Source: Bryobacteraceae bacterium (GTDB lineage: Bacteria; Acidobacteriota; Terriglobia; Bryobacterales; Bryobacteraceae). From it: 64,000 nt of DNA. How positions within the stretch are numbered: the stretch's first letter is position 1; each line of letters begins with the position of its first letter. Shown in pieces: positions 1 through 9,995 of this stretch. The notes beneath the pieces were generated by a model. That model worked only from the letters and a program-made list of their open reading frames with translations. It ran no database searches and had not been told where the DNA came from. The stretch covers positions 222,757 through 286,756 of the forward strand of contig DATJYO010000055.1 in NCBI GenBank assembly GCA_035499555.1, written 5' to 3'. The position numbers and the translations under genes were made by a program.

Positions 1-377
1 CACGTCAATACCTGCGCGCCCGCCAGCGGCCCCGCGTCAATCTGCTCGCGCGCCCGTCCTTCTTCAAAGCCGGGACTGACGAAAAAGGCCTCCCCGCGCG
101 CCGGGATCACCATCAGGAACAGGCGCTCGCTATTGCCCCAGCGTACGCCGCTGAAGTAGGTGAGCGACGTACCGCCTGCCAGGCATATGGCGCCGATCTT
201 GTTGGCGGCCATCAGCTCCTGTGCGCGGGCGATGCGCCCGTGGCGCTCCGCCGCCGTGATGGGCTGTGCTTCGGCACGGCGATTTTTCAGTTGGGCGACC
301 GGGGAATCGGCGGGCCGGGCGGCCAGGACCCCGGGCACCGCTCCCGCGGAGAGCACAAAGGACCGGCGTGTAGGCAT
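1..377 (-). CDS. M24-family Xaa-Pro aminopeptidase/creatinase-like peptidase, N-terminal 125 codons only (gene continues past window start)
   Basis: Minus-strand frame open to the window edge, ATG at complement 375-377. My translation is MPTRRSFVLSAGAVPGVLAARP... (twin-arginine-like leader), then ...AERHGRIARAQELMAANKIGAICLAGGTSLTYFSGVRWGNSERLFLMVIPARGEAFFVSPGFE. That pattern matches the creatinase/prolidase N-terminal domain. Absent from the ORF track because there is no stop in the window. Confidence 0.6.
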   Translation of the reverse strand, partial: MPTRRSFVLSAGAVPGVLAARPADSPVAQLKNRRAEAQPITAAERHGRIARAQELMAANKIGAICLAGGTSLTYFSGVRWGNSERLFLMVIPARGEAFFVSPGFEEGRAREQIDAGPLAGAQVLT

Positions 378-395
378 TCCTGTAGTGTAGCCGCA

Positions 396-1217
396 ATGCG
401 ATCCGCGCGGGCGGCCCGAGCCCGTCTCACCGCGCCGATACGATACATTGTCTTATTGCGCCTCTGGATCGCTTTTTTCCTTATCGCACTGGGCGCCGCC
501 CGCGCGCAGGGCAACTACGAGGTCCAGGTTTACGGCTCGGACCTGGTGCCGCCGCACGCCACCATGGTGGAATTGCATAGCAATTTCACGGTCCAGGGAA
601 GCAAGAACATCGTCCTCGGCATGCTGCCCACCGAGCACCAGGAGCACGAGACGGTGGAGATCACGCACGGCTTCAACGAATGGTTCGAGACCGGCTTTTA
701 TCTGTTCACCAACCACCAGGCCGACGGTAGCTGGATGTGGGTCGGGACGCATATACGCCCGCGCGTGGCGATTCCGGAGCGCTATCACCTGCCGGTTGGG
801 CTCAGCATCTCCAACGAGATCGGTTACCAGCGGCCGAACATCTCCGCCGACACCTGGACATGGGAGATCCGGCCCATCATCGACAAAAAGCTGGGCCGCT
901 GGTACAGTTCGTTCAACCCCACGTTCGATCGCACGTTCCACGGTCCGGATACCCGCAAAGGACTGGAGTTCTCGCCGAACTTCAAGATCAGTTACGACCT
1001 CACGCCGAAGATCGCCGGCGAGCTGGAATACTACGGAGAGTTGGGGCCGGTCACCGGTTTCGATCCGCTGCGGGAACAGGGGCAGCAGATTCTGCCGGCC
1101 ATCGATCTCAACCTGAGTCCTAAGTTCGAGTTCAACTTCGGCGTGGGGGTCGGCGTCACGGGGAGCACCGATCATCTTCTGGTCAAGATGATTTTGGGTT
1201 ACCGTTTCGGACGTTGA
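396..1217 (+). CDS. Putative outer-membrane beta-barrel protein (hypothetical)
   Basis: Within ORF 240-1217. Internal ATG at 396 gives the signal peptide MRSARAARARLTAPIRYIVLLRLWIAFFLIALGAARAQG. The rest shows alternating hydrophobic/aromatic beta-strand periodicity and ends ...LLVKMILGYRFGR, which is OMP-like. Confidence 0.6.
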   Translation: MRSARAARARLTAPIRYIVLLRLWIAFFLIALGAARAQGNYEVQVYGSDLVPPHATMVELHSNFTVQGSKNIVLGMLPTEHQEHETVEITHGFNEWFETGFYLFTNHQADGSWMWVGTHIRPRVAIPERYHLPVGLSISNEIGYQRPNISADTWTWEIRPIIDKKLGRWYSSFNPTFDRTFHGPDTRKGLEFSPNFKISYDLTPKIAGELEYYGELGPVTGFDPLREQGQQILPAIDLNLSPKFEFNFGVGVGVTGSTDHLLVKMILGYRFGR

Positions 1218-1863
1218 GTTTTGGCCGCCGCCGCAGAGGTTTTGTTCCCACCACCACCACGGTATCCAGGACCTCGCCTCGATCGCGATGCTCCACACGC
1301 GCGATCGTCAAACCGGCCTGTTCCAGGATGCCGGCGAACTCGTCCGGTTCGTACAATTGGAATCCTTGCCAGCCGTGGGTGAGCGGTCCCAGGCTGGCGG
1401 GGGAACGGAAGGCGGCAACCAGACGGCCGCCCGGTTTCATGACCCGCCGCACCTCGCGCAGATTGGCGGCGATGTCCGGCCAGTAGTACACGCTATTCAC
1501 GGTCAGAACCTTATGAAAAGTCCCGGCGCGGAACGGAAGCTGCGCCACGTCGCCCCAGCGGACCGTCACGCGCGCATCCAAGCGCTTTCCGCGGATCATG
1601 CGGGCCGCGGCGTCCACCATTTCGTGAGAGTAATCCACGCCTGTTATCTTCGCGCCGGGGGCGTGCGCGGCCAGCGCCACCAGCGACAGCCCTCCGCCGA
1701 ATCCGATATCCAGGACGGCGTCTTTGGGGCCGGGCTGCAAAAGGTCGATCGCCGCATGCACCAGCCGGGTGTTGGACAGGTTCAGAATCGGTCCCATGAA
1801 TAGCGAGCCAAACAGGCCGGATGGCTTGCCGAACTGGGATCGCAGGAGAGCGTCCACGAACAT
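1183..1863 (-). CDS. Class I SAM-dependent methyltransferase
   Basis: ORF 1183-1869. The first codon at 1869 is TTG and the ATG two codons in (1863) is the likelier start. Motif I is VLDIGFGGG. The layout is type-11 methyltransferase-like (KPGGRLV, post-I acidic residue). Confidence 0.85.
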   Translation of the reverse strand: MFVDALLRSQFGKPSGLFGSLFMGPILNLSNTRLVHAAIDLLQPGPKDAVLDIGFGGGLSLVALAAHAPGAKITGVDYSHEMVDAAARMIRGKRLDARVTVRWGDVAQLPFRAGTFHKVLTVNSVYYWPDIAANLREVRRVMKPGGRLVAAFRSPASLGPLTHGWQGFQLYEPDEFAGILEQAGLTIARVEHRDRGEVLDTVVVVGTKPLRRRPKLNVRNGNPKSS

Positions 1864-1942
1864 ATCCAACCCTTATTCAGATGATAGGATATGTAGATCT
1901 GTTTCGCCGCCGGCCCGGAGCGGCCGGGCGAAGATCGCGGGT

Positions 1943-1948
1943 TATAAT
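1943..1948 (+). promoter_or_regulatory. Candidate -10 box (TATAAT) 9 nt upstream of the ATG at 1958
   Basis: Perfect hexamer and no SD before the start codon. Sequence match only. Confidence 0.3.
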
Positions 1949-1957
1949 GAAGCCTGC

Positions 1958-2527
1958 ATGGCGGCGTCGAATCCATGGCTGGCGAGGTTGGAGAAGAAAC
2001 TTGCCCACCTCCGCGCGCGCATCGAAAGGTTTATTTCCGGCAGCGCGCCCGAGGATCCGCTGTATCTCACCAACCGGACGTGGAAACAGAAACTGAAGCT
2101 GGGAGCAGCCGCCGCGGTGCCGGTACTGATCCTGATCGGGCTGGTCATGATTGGCACTACGGATGTCTTCCGTCTGCAAAAGGTGGACCCATACGAGCGG
2201 CCAGGCGCCGAAAAACGCGCGTCGGCAGCCCCCGTCCCTCACTTGCCGGATCCGACGCTGGGTCCCGCGAACCTGGAGGTCGAGAACATTCGCATCGTGC
2301 GCGACCTGCATTCTCCCGCCGTGTCCGGAGTCGTGCGGAACAATACCGGCCGGAAGATCGCATCCGCGGAAGTCAGTTACTACCTGACGGACAAGGCCGG
2401 CAGTCTGCTGGGGACGGAAAGCGTCGAGGTGGCCAACATCGCGTCACACGGCAGCGTCACGTTTCACCTGCCGCTGAAGGAACTCAACGCCGAGTTCGTG
2501 CTGGTACGCGAAGTCCATGCCAACTAA
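1958..2527 (+). CDS. Hypothetical single-pass membrane protein
   Basis: Internal ATG at 1958 of ORF 1724-2527: MAASNPWLARLEKKL..., then a TM segment LGAAAAVPVLILIGLVMIG and a C-terminal beta-rich domain. TATAAT lies 9 nt upstream. The stop overlaps the next gene start (TAATG). Confidence 0.6.
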   Translation: MAASNPWLARLEKKLAHLRARIERFISGSAPEDPLYLTNRTWKQKLKLGAAAAVPVLILIGLVMIGTTDVFRLQKVDPYERPGAEKRASAAPVPHLPDPTLGPANLEVENIRIVRDLHSPAVSGVVRNNTGRKIASAEVSYYLTDKAGSLLGTESVEVANIASHGSVTFHLPLKELNAEFVLVREVHAN

Positions 2528-3057
2528 TGGAGCGGATTCCGTTTCAAGCTACACGAGCCGCCGCCGCGTATGACGGCATCCGTGTGCTGCCGGTGTCCAT
2601 CCTGCTGGACAACGTGCGGAGCATGTACAACGTGGGCGCGTTCTTCCGCACGGCCGATGCCGCAGGCATCCAGAAACTGTATCTCGGCGGCATCACGGGC
2701 CATCCGCCGAAAAATGCCATCAGCAAGACGGCGCTGGGGGCGGAGGAGCGCGCACCCTGGGAGTACGCCTGGGACCCGCTGCCGTTTTTGGAAGCGCTCC
2801 GGGCGCGCGGCTATGAAATCGCGGCCATCGAGACCACCATCCACGCCGTGGATCTTTTCGACTGGCAGCCGCGCTTTCCGGTCTGCCTGGTGTTCGGCCA
2901 CGAGGTTGACGGTATCCGGCCGGAGGTCGCGGCGCTCTGCGACACGCACGTGCGCATCCCCATGCTGGGCGTGAAGCACTCGCTCAATGTGGCGACCGCC
3001 GGCGGAGTAGTGGTCTACGAGTTACTACGCAAGTACCGTCAGTTGGCTTGCTCGTAG
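2527..3057 (+). CDS. SpoU/TrmH-family RNA 2'-O-methyltransferase
   Basis: C-terminal part of ORF 1975-3057, starting at ATG 2527 (MERIPFQ...). SpoU-like motifs are LLDNVRSMYNVGAFFRTADAAG, LVFGHEVDGI and IPMLGVKHSLNVATAGGVVVYEL. Confidence 0.85.
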   Translation: MERIPFQATRAAAAYDGIRVLPVSILLDNVRSMYNVGAFFRTADAAGIQKLYLGGITGHPPKNAISKTALGAEERAPWEYAWDPLPFLEALRARGYEIAAIETTIHAVDLFDWQPRFPVCLVFGHEVDGIRPEVAALCDTHVRIPMLGVKHSLNVATAGGVVVYELLRKYRQLACS

Positions 3058-5429
3058 TGCTGCAGCTTGTCGCGCAGCATATCTTCGACACGCTGGTCGT
3101 GTTCGGCTTCCTCCAGTTGCAGGGCTTCCTTCTCGGCTTCGATGGCATCCGCCCGGCGGCCCTCCTGAAAATAGACGGTGCCGAGCATGTCGAAACACCG
3201 CCAGTCTTTGCCGCCGCTCAGTTCCACGGCCTTTTTGAGTTGCGCGACGGCGTCATCGAACCGGCGTTCCTGGCCTAGTATGTAGGCCAGATCGAAACGG
3301 TACTCGACCGCATCCGGGGCCAGCTTCACGGCTGTTTCCAACTCGGCGGCCGCCGCGGCGGACTGCCCGGTCTTCGCCAGGACGGTCGCCAGCTTATTGT
3401 GGGCGTCCGCCGAATCCGGATTCAGAGCCACGGCTTTGTGCAGATGATCGAGGGCCTCGCCCGTCAACCCCCTCCAGGCCAGTATGGTTCCCAGGTCGGC
3501 TTCGACGGTCGGATTCGCGGGATTGATGGCCAGCGATTTGCCGTAGTTGGCGATGGCCTCATCCAGCTTTCCGGTCTGAGCCTGGGCCAAAGCCAGGTTC
3601 GCGAAGAACACGGGCTGGTTGGGTATGAGATCCACGGCCTTCCGATACTCGGTAATAGCTCCGGACAGGTCGCCGGTGGCGCTCAGCGCGTACCCCAGGT
3701 TGAAGTGCGCTTTGCCGTCGTCCGCATCGAGCGCCAGGGCATTGCGCCATGCCGGAACGGCATCGCCGAACTTGTTGTGCTTCATCAGGTCGATGGCTAC
3801 GTTGAACAGCCGGTAGAATTCCGTGGCCGGCGCATCGATCCGCTCCAGACCGCCTTTGGGAATGTTGACGAACTCCGGGATGTTCGCGGCGCGGTTGGCG
3901 GCCGTAGTATTGTCGACCAGGATGGCGGGACTGTCGTTGCCGTTCTCGTCGATGTGGGTGAGATAGAGTTGCGTGTAGTAGGATCGGCGCTTCGAGGAAA
4001 AGACCAGCCAACGTCCGTTCGGGGAGAAGCTGTGCCAGGAGTTCATCAGCGGACCGTTGGCGCGCAGACGCCGCGCCACGCCGCCCTGCGCGGGTACGAT
4101 GTACAACTGGCTGTCCGGCCGCATCAGCAGCCCGGTCTTGTTCTGCACGAACACGATCCACTTGCCATCCGGCGAGACCTTCGGAAAATTGTTGCTCATG
4201 CCGTTTTCCGAAGCGCCCACGATGCGCTGGGCCGGGCCGCCTTTGCCGTTATGGAACGGCACGCGGTAGAGATCGTATTGAATCTGCGTCTCGTTGGGAT
4301 CGTTGGCATATCGGGACGGCGGTTGGCCGGGCGGATACGGATCGCGCGCTTTGGCTCGCGAGAAGACGATGTAGCTGCCGTCGGGGCTCCAGAAGCCGCA
4401 GGTCTGCACATAGTCCGGATCGTCCGCGCCGGGGAGCGGCTGCAATCTGCCGCTCTCGTGGCTGTACCAGGCCAGGATGCCGCGGGTGGGGTAGAAGACC
4501 TGCACGAATCCGTAGGCGGGATAGAATCCCTGGTACAGGCGGTCGCCCAGGTGCCGGCTGCCCGATCCGGGCACCTCGATGGAGGTCACCACGTACTTGC
4601 CGCTGGGCGAAACCTGCGACATGAAGCCAAAACGCTGCGCCTTATTTTCGCTGAAATCGCCCCACTGCACGATCGATTCCTTGTTGATGGAGCTTACCTT
4701 CTGTACCGGAAGCAGGCTGTACAGCGCCTTGTTGTTGTTCGGGCCGTCCACGTCCAGCCCCAGGGTTTTGCCGTCGCGCGAAACGGAGTGACAGTTGGCG
4801 CAGGTAGGCAGCTTGTCCATGACGACCCGGCCGCTCGGCTCCTCGAGGTAGCGCAAGCGCCATTTGATCAGCGGCAGAAGCGAGTCCGGCAGCGGTTTGA
4901 TGACACCCCGTTCGCCTTGCGGAAGAGCGGGCATCAGCGGTACGTCGCGATAGAGCAGAGGCGCGCCCACCGGATCGGTCGAGGTCTGGATGACGACCTG
5001 TCCGCGGGAAACCGCGGCGTCCCCGTTGGCATCCCGCAGACCGGTGATGATCACGGTTGCCGGCCGGCGCGTGGACCGGGACTTGATGGCCGCCCAAATG
5101 TCCGGGTCCGGTTTCCAGGTATGCGCCGCGGCTTGCTCGGGGGTCAGCGTGGGCGGGACGAAGCCGCCGTAGCTGTCGTCGATCTCGCCGACCTTCATGA
5201 GCGGTCCGGGCGCCAGGACGCGGATCGGCGCGCCGCCTTCCGCGAACACGACTTCGATCCGCCAGGCGGAGGCCGTCTCGCCGGGTTCCCGCCAAAGGAA
5301 CGTGGGCGGCGTGATGTCCGGCGGGAAGATCGCGCCGGTTTCCGGATAATCAATCGTGATCGGAGGCAGTTGCGCTCCGGCCAAAGGAAACAGAAACAGC
5401 ACGGCCGCGATGATGATCCTGAAGCGCAC
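3039..5429 (-). CDS. Secreted PD40/TolB-like beta-propeller protein with one CXXCH motif and C-terminal TPR repeats
   Basis: 796-aa ORF with a GTG start and signal peptide MRFRIIIAAVLFLFPLAGAQ. PD40-like blades include SPDGSYIVFS, SPDGKWIVFV and SPNGRWLVFSS. CANCH sits at residues 210-214. The C-terminal ~250 aa are TPR-like (AHFNLGYALSATGDLSGAITEYRKAVDLIP and similar). Confidence 0.85.
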   Translation of the reverse strand: MRFRIIIAAVLFLFPLAGAQLPPITIDYPETGAIFPPDITPPTFLWREPGETASAWRIEVVFAEGGAPIRVLAPGPLMKVGEIDDSYGGFVPPTLTPEQAAAHTWKPDPDIWAAIKSRSTRRPATVIITGLRDANGDAAVSRGQVVIQTSTDPVGAPLLYRDVPLMPALPQGERGVIKPLPDSLLPLIKWRLRYLEEPSGRVVMDKLPTCANCHSVSRDGKTLGLDVDGPNNNKALYSLLPVQKVSSINKESIVQWGDFSENKAQRFGFMSQVSPSGKYVVTSIEVPGSGSRHLGDRLYQGFYPAYGFVQVFYPTRGILAWYSHESGRLQPLPGADDPDYVQTCGFWSPDGSYIVFSRAKARDPYPPGQPPSRYANDPNETQIQYDLYRVPFHNGKGGPAQRIVGASENGMSNNFPKVSPDGKWIVFVQNKTGLLMRPDSQLYIVPAQGGVARRLRANGPLMNSWHSFSPNGRWLVFSSKRRSYYTQLYLTHIDENGNDSPAILVDNTTAANRAANIPEFVNIPKGGLERIDAPATEFYRLFNVAIDLMKHNKFGDAVPAWRNALALDADDGKAHFNLGYALSATGDLSGAITEYRKAVDLIPNQPVFFANLALAQAQTGKLDEAIANYGKSLAINPANPTVEADLGTILAWRGLTGEALDHLHKAVALNPDSADAHNKLATVLAKTGQSAAAAAELETAVKLAPDAVEYRFDLAYILGQERRFDDAVAQLKKAVELSGGKDWRCFDMLGTVYFQEGRRADAIEAEKEALQLEEAEHDQRVEDMLRDKLQHYEQAN

Positions 5430-5481
5430 GGTACTTTAAGAACTGAATATATGTTATCACTGCGCCGTATCTGCCGCGCGT

Positions 5482-5487
5482 TATACT
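5482..5487 (+). promoter_or_regulatory. Candidate -10 box (TATACT) 7 nt upstream of the ATG at 5495
   Basis: 5/6 match to TATAAT and no SD before the start codon. Sequence match only. Confidence 0.25.
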
Positions 5488-5494
5488 GCGATCG

Positions 5495-5926
5495 ATGCGC
5501 ACCCATCTGCTCGCGCTCGCGTTCGCCATGGCCCCGCTATTGCCGGCCACGGCGGTGAAGCCCGCGGACGAGACCCGGCGGTTTCCACTGGCCAACCGGG
5601 TCAATACCGAGGTTGTCGACAAACAACTGCTGGGCAAATCCTTTATGCCGGGCGGCACCCTGGCGCATTATAAGAAGGGCAAAGCCGGGTACCGCATGTT
5701 CGTCGCCCGCATGCCGAACGCCCAGGAGGCGGCGTTCCTCCTGCTCGATTGGCACAAGGCGCTGGCCGGCGCCGAACTGATTCCGTCGTTTGGCGGCTAT
5801 TTCGGTATGGACGCCGGAGTTCCGGTATTCGTGTTCGCCAAAGGCACCTGGATTGCGGGTGTCGCGGGGCTTCCGAAAAAAGAGGCGGACCTGGCCGCCC
5901 GCAGCCTGGCGGCGCATTTGGATTAG
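5495..5926 (+). CDS. Hypothetical small secreted protein
   Basis: 143-aa ORF with ATG at 5495 and signal peptide MRTHLLALAFAMAPLLPATA. No motif I can assign. TATACT lies 7 nt upstream of the ATG. Confidence 0.6.
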   Translation: MRTHLLALAFAMAPLLPATAVKPADETRRFPLANRVNTEVVDKQLLGKSFMPGGTLAHYKKGKAGYRMFVARMPNAQEAAFLLLDWHKALAGAELIPSFGGYFGMDAGVPVFVFAKGTWIAGVAGLPKKEADLAARSLAAHLD

Positions 5927-5938
5927 GAGCCGCGGACC

Positions 5939-6700
5939 ATGGATCTCGACGGACGTGTGGCGGTGGTCATCGGCGGGACATCCGGAATCGGACGCCGCCT
6001 GGCGGCCGGCTTCGCCGAAGCCGGCGCGCACGTGGTTCCCACGGGACGGCGCGAGCCGCTCATCAAGGAGGCCTGCGCGGATATCGAACGCATCGGGCGC
6101 AAAACGCTCTGCCATGTCTGCGATGCGGGGTCGCGCCCCTCGATCGACCGCTTCCGCGACGCCGTGCTGGCCGAATTCGGCCACGTCGATGTCTTGTTGA
6201 ATGCAGCCGGCCAGACCTTCCGCCAGCCGACCCAGGATGTCGCCGAGACGGACTGGAACCGCATCCTGGACGTCAATCTCTCCGGCACCTTGCGCAGTTG
6301 CCAGTCATTCTACGCGGCGCTCAAGGCGAACCGGCGGGGCCGGATCATCAATATCGCCTCGCTGACTTCCTTCGTCGGCTTTCTGGAGGTAACGGCTTAT
6401 GCCGCGTCGAAGGCCGCGGTGCTGGCGCTCACGCGTAACCTGGCCGTCGAGTGGGCCCGCGACGGCATCAATGTGAATGCCATCGCCCCGGGCGTCTTCC
6501 GCACGGATCTGAATGCGGCGCTGCTCGACGGCACCGAGCGCGGCAAGGAGTTGAAGATGCGCACGCCCATGGGCCGTTTCGGCCAACTCGAAGAGCTGGT
6601 CGGGGCGGCGGTCCTGCTGGCGTCCGACGCCGCCAGCTTTATTACCGGACAGTGCATCGCCGTGGATGGCGGCTTCCTGGCCTCAGGCGTGAATCAATAG
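5939..6700 (+). CDS. SDR-family oxidoreductase (FabG/gluconate-5-dehydrogenase-like)
   Basis: GGTSGIGRRLA (TGxxxGxG), NAAG, catalytic YAASKAAV (YxxxK) and PG..RT motifs. 253 aa. Confidence 0.9.
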   Translation: MDLDGRVAVVIGGTSGIGRRLAAGFAEAGAHVVPTGRREPLIKEACADIERIGRKTLCHVCDAGSRPSIDRFRDAVLAEFGHVDVLLNAAGQTFRQPTQDVAETDWNRILDVNLSGTLRSCQSFYAALKANRRGRIINIASLTSFVGFLEVTAYAASKAAVLALTRNLAVEWARDGINVNAIAPGVFRTDLNAALLDGTERGKELKMRTPMGRFGQLEELVGAAVLLASDAASFITGQCIAVDGGFLASGVNQ

Positions 6701-6763
6701 CTCGCCGCCGGGCCTGTCTTGGTATTCACCCCGAAATCGTGTACCATTCCATTTTGTCCTGGC

Positions 6764-7591
6764 ATGCCTCTTTACCAAGTGATCGTTCTGGCTATCGTGC
6801 AAGGGCTGACGGAGTTTCTGCCCGTCAGCAGTACGGCGCATCTGTATCTCACCTCCTGGCTGATGGGTTGGCAAGGAGAAAGCCTGGCGTTCGATATCGC
6901 GTTGCATATCGGCACGCTGCTGGCCGTGATCATATACTTCTTCCGCGATTGGGTGCAGATCATCGCGCATGGCTTCGGCATTCGTTTCGGCCGCGACGAG
7001 GAACTGGAGCGGAATACCGGCCTGCTGTGGCTGCTGGCCGTCGGATCCATCCCGGTGGGTATTGCCGGACTGATTTTCAACAAGCAGGCGGAAGGACCCT
7101 GGCGCAACCCCATGGTGATCGGCAGCACACTGGTCCTGCTCGGTCTGCTGCTGGGAATCGCGGAACGGCTCGGGCGCAAGACGCGCGACATCGCCGGCGT
7201 GAACTTCATGGACGCCGCGGTCATCGGCCTGGGACAGGCGCTGGCGATTGTGCCGGGCGTCTCGCGCAGCGGCATCACCATCACCACCGGATTGTTCCGC
7301 AATTTAAATCGGGAAACCGCGGCGCGCTTCTCATTCCTGCTTTCGACCCCGGTGATCGCGGCGGCCGCCGGCAAAGACGTATACGATCTCATCAAGCATA
7401 AGGCCTTTGATCCCAGCATGCAGACCGCGTTCGCGGTGGGCATCGCGGTCAGCGCCGTCACCGGCATGATCGTGATCGCCTGGTTCCTGCGCTTCCTGCG
7501 CCGCCGCAGCCTCTGGTTTTTCGTGTTTTATCGCATTATTTTTGGCATAATGGTGCTTGCTCTGGCTTTCTTCCGCCGGCCAGCGGGATGA
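6764..7591 (+). CDS. uppP: Undecaprenyl-diphosphate phosphatase
   Basis: ATG at 6764 inside ORF 6719-7591. BacA/UppP motifs are [14 protein letters not shown] and [10 protein letters not shown]. Polytopic membrane protein. Confidence 0.9.
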   Translation: MPLYQVIVLAIVQGLTEFLPVSSTAHLYLTSWLMGWQGESLAFDIALHIGTLLAVIIYFFRDWVQIIAHGFGIRFGRDEELERNTGLLWLLAVGSIPVGIAGLIFNKQAEGPWRNPMVIGSTLVLLGLLLGIAERLGRKTRDIAGVNFMDAAVIGLGQALAIVPGVSRSGITITTGLFRNLNRETAARFSFLLSTPVIAAAAGKDVYDLIKHKAFDPSMQTAFAVGIAVSAVTGMIVIAWFLRFLRRRSLWFFVFYRIIFGIMVLALAFFRRPAG

Positions 7592-9942
7592 AGCTTCTAT
7601 CTCCGACTCCTCAGAAGCGAATCAACGAGTTGGTGGGACTATTGCTCCTGTCGCTCGGCTTGGTCTTGCTTCTCAGCCTGGCGTCTTATCATGTCCAGGA
7701 TTCTTCCCTGAATACCGCGTCCGCGGCGCGTCCGCGAAACCTGATCGGGTATCCCGGCGCCTGGCTCGCGGATTTACTGCTGCAGGGATTCGGCATCGGC
7801 GCCTTCGTGTTCCCCTTGTTTTTGTTCGTTCTGGCCTGGAAATGGGTTCGTTCGGAAGAAATCGAGGCTGGCGCCATCAAGCTGGGCGGCACTCTGCTGC
7901 TGTTGCTGAGCCTGACGGCGGCGGTCTCCTTCGCCTCCCGCTTCACCCTCTATAGCGGCGCCATCCCGATCGGCGGACTGCTGGGCCTGTTGCTGGCGCG
8001 GCACCTCCTGCATGCGCTGAACCCCACCGGCGCGATCCTGCTGACCGTCACCGCGTTGATGGTCTCCGTCTATCTGGTTTCTACGTTCACCATGTCGAAG
8101 TTAGCCCGCTGGTTCGCCGGTCCCATGCGATACCTGCAGGCGCTGGCGGATGCCTGGCATTCGTGGCGCGAGGAGCGCCGGGAGCGCAAACTGGAGAAGG
8201 CCCGCGCGCGCGCCGCCCTGAAGGCCGAGAAGCGGCGGCGGTCGCGACCGGCGGCGCCGGCCGTGGAGCCCGCGCCCGAGGCGCTGTCCGCGTCGCCTTC
8301 TGACCTTGCCGAAACCGCCGAAGAAGAGCCCGCGCCGGCCCAGGACATTCCCATCTGCCCGCTCGATGAATATGCGCCGCCGGCGCTCGCTCCTGAACCG
8401 GCCGCGCCGATTCCCGCCGGTCCCGCGGCGGTGGCGGAAGAGCATCGCTTCCCGCAGGCCTATCGCCTGCCTTCCACCGATCTGCTGAACGAAGGCCAGG
8501 GCCGCAGCCCTTACGACGAGATGGAACTGAAGGACATCGCCGTTCGCATCAAGTCGAAGTTCGAGGAGTTCAACGTTCTGGGCAACGTGGTACAGATCAA
8601 CCCCGGACCCGTGGTGACGACTTTCGAATTCAAACCCGAGGCCGGCATCAAGTACAGCCGCATCACCACGCTCACCGAAGATCTGTGCCTGGGGCTGCAG
8701 GCCGAATCGATCCTCATCGAGCGCATCCCGGGCAAGCCCACCGTGGGTATCGAAGTGCCCAACACGCGGCGTGAGGTGATCGCGCTACGGCAAATGCTGG
8801 AGTCGGAGGAATTCGCGCAGGCGCAGTCGCGGCTGACGATCTCCATGGGCAAGGACATCAACGGCCGCATCAGAGTAGCCTCGCTCGAATCCATGCCCCA
8901 CCTGCTGATCGCCGGCTCAACCGGCTCGGGCAAGAGCGTCATGATCAACAGCATGGTCATGTCCATCCTGTACAAGTCCACGCCGGATGAAGTGCGCATG
9001 ATCATGGTGGACCCCAAGCGCGTGGAGCTGGGCATCTATGAAGGCATTCCGCATCTGCTGACGCCGGTGATCACCGATCCGCGGAAAGCCACTTACGCGC
9101 TCAAGAACGCAGTGCTGGAGATGGATCGGCGCCTGCGCCTGCTGGCCGAATTCGGGGTACGCAACATCGATCAGTTCAACAAAAAGATCCGCAAGAAACA
9201 GGAGGAGCCGCGCAACCTGTTCGAAGAGGACGAGGCTACCGCGGACGATCTGCGGCCGCTGCCGTACATCCTGATCCTCATCGATGAACTGGCCGACCTG
9301 ATGATGCTGGAGGGCCGCAACGTGGAGGAGTCCGTCACGCGGCTGGCGCAGATGGCGCGCGCGGTGGGCATGCACCTGGTATTGGCCACCCAGCGTCCCA
9401 GCGTGGACGTGATCACCGGGCTCATCAAGGCGAATTTCCCGTCGCGCATCAGTTTCCGCGTCGCCACGCGGGTGGACTCGCGCACGGTGCTGGACGGCAT
9501 GGGCGCCGAGCACCTGCTGGGCAAAGGAGACATGCTGTTCCTGCCGCCGGGGTCGTCGCGGCTGATCCGCGTGCACGGCGCGTTCGTGACCGAGACGGAG
9601 ATCAACCGGGTGGTGGATTTCTGGAAGGCGCAGGCGCGGCCGGAATACGACGAGTCGTTCCTGGTGGCGCCACCGTCGGACGAGGATGCCGGCGACCTGG
9701 AAGAGGCCGGAGCGGATGCGCAGGACCCGATGTACGAAGACGCGGTGCGCATCGTGCTGGAAATGGGCAAGGCGTCCACCTCGACCTTGCAGCGCCGGCT
9801 GCGCCTGGGCTATGGCCGCGCGGCGCGGATCCTGGACATGATGCAGCGCGACGGCATCATCGGTCCGCCGGACGGCAGTAAGCCGCGCGAGGTTTTGAAG
9901 CGGCCGGACTGGCTGCGCGAAGTGCAAGACTCGCTACGCTGA
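7588..9942 (+). CDS. ftsK: DNA translocase FtsK
   Basis: N-terminal TM helices, a Pro/Ala-rich linker, Walker A GSTGSGKS and Walker [13 protein letters not shown]. The C-terminal gamma winged-helix is [28 protein letters not shown]. The start ATG overlaps the uppP stop (ATGA). Confidence 0.95.
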   Translation: MKLLSPTPQKRINELVGLLLLSLGLVLLLSLASYHVQDSSLNTASAARPRNLIGYPGAWLADLLLQGFGIGAFVFPLFLFVLAWKWVRSEEIEAGAIKLGGTLLLLLSLTAAVSFASRFTLYSGAIPIGGLLGLLLARHLLHALNPTGAILLTVTALMVSVYLVSTFTMSKLARWFAGPMRYLQALADAWHSWREERRERKLEKARARAALKAEKRRRSRPAAPAVEPAPEALSASPSDLAETAEEEPAPAQDIPICPLDEYAPPALAPEPAAPIPAGPAAVAEEHRFPQAYRLPSTDLLNEGQGRSPYDEMELKDIAVRIKSKFEEFNVLGNVVQINPGPVVTTFEFKPEAGIKYSRITTLTEDLCLGLQAESILIERIPGKPTVGIEVPNTRREVIALRQMLESEEFAQAQSRLTISMGKDINGRIRVASLESMPHLLIAGSTGSGKSVMINSMVMSILYKSTPDEVRMIMVDPKRVELGIYEGIPHLLTPVITDPRKATYALKNAVLEMDRRLRLLAEFGVRNIDQFNKKIRKKQEEPRNLFEEDEATADDLRPLPYILILIDELADLMMLEGRNVEESVTRLAQMARAVGMHLVLATQRPSVDVITGLIKANFPSRISFRVATRVDSRTVLDGMGAEHLLGKGDMLFLPPGSSRLIRVHGAFVTETEINRVVDFWKAQARPEYDESFLVAPPSDEDAGDLEEAGADAQDPMYEDAVRIVLEMGKASTSTLQRRLRLGYGRAARILDMMQRDGIIGPPDGSKPREVLKRPDWLREVQDSLR

Positions 9943-9981
9943 AAATCGCGCCGCGTATACGGCCTGCCGTCCGCTGCACGA

Positions 9982-9987
9982 TAATAT
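9982..9987 (+). promoter_or_regulatory. Candidate -10 box (TAATAT within ATAATATAG) 8 nt upstream of the ATG at 9996 (MoxR-like ATPase)
   Basis: AT-rich -10-like element and no SD before the start codon. Sequence match only. Confidence 0.25.
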
Positions 9988-9995
9988 AGCCAGAT

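Noticed and set aside
3399-5558. 719-aa plus-strand ORF
   Set aside because: It lies entirely antisense to the PD40/TPR gene. It is Arg/Gly/Ala/Val-rich with no motifs, which is typical of shadow ORFs in high-GC DNA. The minus-strand product has clear domain signatures.
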